A stretch of DNA of 64,000 nucleotides from Auanema rhodensis. Its lineage: Eukaryota; Animalia; Nematoda. Where the stretch lies: assembly GCA_964057225.1 (NCBI GenBank), contig OZ059899.1, positions 3,472,001 to 3,536,000 on the forward strand. The letters are read 5' to 3'. Below, piece by piece: positions 61,777 through 64,000 of the stretch. The translations under genes were made by a program, and so were the position numbers. The notes beneath the pieces are model-generated. The model did not search any database. It had not been told where the DNA came from and worked only from the letters and a program-made list of their open reading frames with translations. Within the stretch, counting starts at the first letter, position 1, and every line of letters starts with the position of its first letter.

Positions 61777-64000
61777 AACTAATTTTTGTATTAAGCGTTT
61801 CTCAATGTAGTATAGTGCATTCGATGCGGATTTTCAAGCTGCGTCGATCTGTGTTATCAGATTTGCGCTAGCTTAAAAATGCACCGAGATATCAACTGAT
61901 ATAAGTTCACACATATATACCCGATTTTCACCCTGAAGAATTAATTTTTTCGTTGAATAACATTGTCCATCGTCTTTGCCTTGAAAAAAGGAATCTAAAA
62001 ACATCTACTTTTTGCTAAATTATTTTGAAATTTTTCGAAAAAATTTTTGTCAAAATGTTTTTGGAAGCAATGTTGAGTGTACATGGAAACTCAACATACA
62101 CTAATGCATCATTTTTCAAACGATCATAACTAATTTGTGTATTAAGCGTTTCTCAATGTAGTATAGTGCATTCGATGCGGATTTTCAAGCTGCGTCGATC
62201 TGTGTTATCAGATTTGCGCTAGCTTAAAAATGCACCGAGATATCAACTGATATAAGTTCACACATATATACCCGATTTTCACCCTGAAGAATTAATTTTT
62301 TCGTTGAATAACATTGTCCATCGTCTTTGCCTTGAAAAAAGGAATCTAAAAACATCTACTTTTTGCTAAATTATTTTGAAATTTTTCGAAAAAATTTTTG
62401 TCAAAATGTTTTTGGAAGCAATGTTGAGTGTACATGGAAACTCAACATACACTAATGCATCATTTTTCAAACGATCATAACTAATTTGTGTATTAAGCGT
62501 TTCTCAATGTAGTATAGTGCATTCGATGCGGATTTTCAAGCTGCGTCGATCTGTGTTATCAGATTTGCGCTAGCTTAAAAATGCACCGAGATATCAACTG
62601 ATATAAGTTCACACATATATACCCGATTTTCACCCTGAAGAATTAATTTTTTCGTTGAATAACATTGTCCATCGTCTTTGCCTTGAAAAAAGGAATCTAA
62701 AAACATCTACTTTTTGCTAAATTATTTTGAAATTTTTCGAAAAAATTTTTGTCAAAATGTTTTTGGAAGCAATGTTGAGTGTACATGGAAACTCAACATA
62801 CACTAATGCATCATTTTTCAAACGATCATAACTAATTTTTGTATTAAGCGTTTCTCAATGTAGTATAGTGCATTCGATGCGGATTTTCAAGCTGCGTCGA
62901 TCTGTGTTATCAGATTTGCGCTAGCTTAAAAATGCACCGAGATATCAACTGATATAAGTTCACACTTATATCCTCGATTTTCACCCTGAAGAATTATTTT
63001 TTTCGTTGAATAACATTGTCCATCGTCTTTGCCTTGAAAAATGGAATCTTAAAACATCTACTTTTTGCTAAATTATTTTGAAATTTTTCGAAAAAATTTT
63101 TGTCAAAATGTTTTTGGAAGCAATGTTGAGTGTACATGGAAACTCAACATACACTAATGCATCATTTTTCAAACGATCATAACTAATTTTTGTATCAAGT
63201 GTTTCTCAATGTAGTATAGTGCATTCGATGCGGATTTTTAAGCTGCGTCGATCTGTGTTATCAGATTTGCGCTAGCTTAAAAAAGCACCGAGATATCAAC
63301 TGATATAAGTTCACACTTATATCCTCGATTTTCACCCTGAAGAATTATTTTTTTCGTTGAATAACATTGTCCATCGTCTTTGCCTTGAAAAATGGAATCT
63401 TAAAACATCTACTTTTTGCTAAATTATTTTGAAATTTTTCGAAAAAATTTTTGTCAAAATGTTTTTGGAAGCAATGTTGAGTGTACATGGAAACTCAACA
63501 TACACTAATGCATCATTTTTCAAACGATCATAACTAATTTTTGTATCAAGTGTTTCTCAATGTAGTATAGTGCATTCGATGCGGATTTTTAAGCTGCGTC
63601 GATCTGTGTTATCAGATTTGCGCTAGCTTAAAAAAGCACCGAGATATCAACTGATATAAGTTCACACTTATATCCTCGATTTTCACCCTGAAGAATTAAT
63701 TTTTTCGTTGAATAACATTGTCCATCGTCTTTGCTTTGAAAAATGGAATCTAAAAACATCTACTTTTTGCTAAATTATTTTGAAATTTTTCGAAAAAATT
63801 TTTGTCAAAATGTTTTTGGAAGCAATGTTGAGTGTACATGGAAACTCAACATACACTAATGCATCATTTTTCAAACGCTCATAACTAATTTTTGTATCAA
63901 GTGTTTCTCAATGTAGTATAGTGCATTCGATGCGGATTTTTAAGCTTCGTCGATCTGTGTTATCAGATTTGCGCTAGCTTAAAAATGCACCGAGATATCA
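61777..64000. repeat. Satellite variant domain G (M177-M183, truncated by the window end)
   Basis: Three TTTCAAG/CATATATACCCG/AAAAAAGG copies (two with ATTTGTGT), two AATTATTTTTTTCG copies, then F-like alleles. Confidence 0.65.

Larger units (their letters stand above)
1..64000. repeat. Tandem satellite DNA array, 351-bp monomer, 182 full copies plus a partial copy; extends beyond both window edges
   Basis: The motif AACTAATTTTTGTAT recurs at 1, 352, 703, 1053, 1404 ... 63181, 63532, 63883. Spacing is 351 bp, except for some 350-bp and four 354-bp copies. The ORF-track starts all fall at monomer offset 81, which confirms the register. M1 has 109 G+C in 351 bp (31%). Confidence 0.99.

Noticed and set aside
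1-64000. Pure assembly or concatemer artefact
   Set aside because: Variants are shared in ordered, hierarchical blocks rather than being random or absent, as expected of a real evolving array. Exact copy numbers of identical blocks still need read validation.

Overview
The whole 64 kb window is one uninterrupted head-to-tail tandem array (satellite DNA) of a 351-bp, AT-rich (~31% GC) monomer. I count 182 complete copies plus a 118-bp partial copy, all in the same orientation, with no insertion, inversion or unique sequence. Copies differ by only a few substitutions; a few are 350 bp (1-bp deletions) or 354 bp (T-run +3). I see no credible gene, RNA gene, CRISPR array or intact mobile element. 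The 13 listed 75-aa ORFs are the same minus-strand frame of the monomer, opened only when two stop-removing variants coincide. Monomer numbering (M1 = 1..351) and within-monomer positions refer to the first copy. The structure worth attention is at two scales. (1) The monomer holds at least four dyad symmetries, and one of them lies in a ~54-bp box that looked invariant in every copy I read while the rest of the monomer is polymorphic. (2) Shared variants split the array into about seven sequential domains with local, nascent higher-order repeats (2-, 3-, 4-, 5- and 10-mers), chimeric monomers at junctions, and haplotypes that reappear tens of kb apart. This fits eukaryotic (peri)centromeric or heterochromatic satellite DNA, probably from an invertebrate (no CpG depletion), but I cannot identify the species or family. 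All variant typing was done by eye and needs confirmation by alignment.
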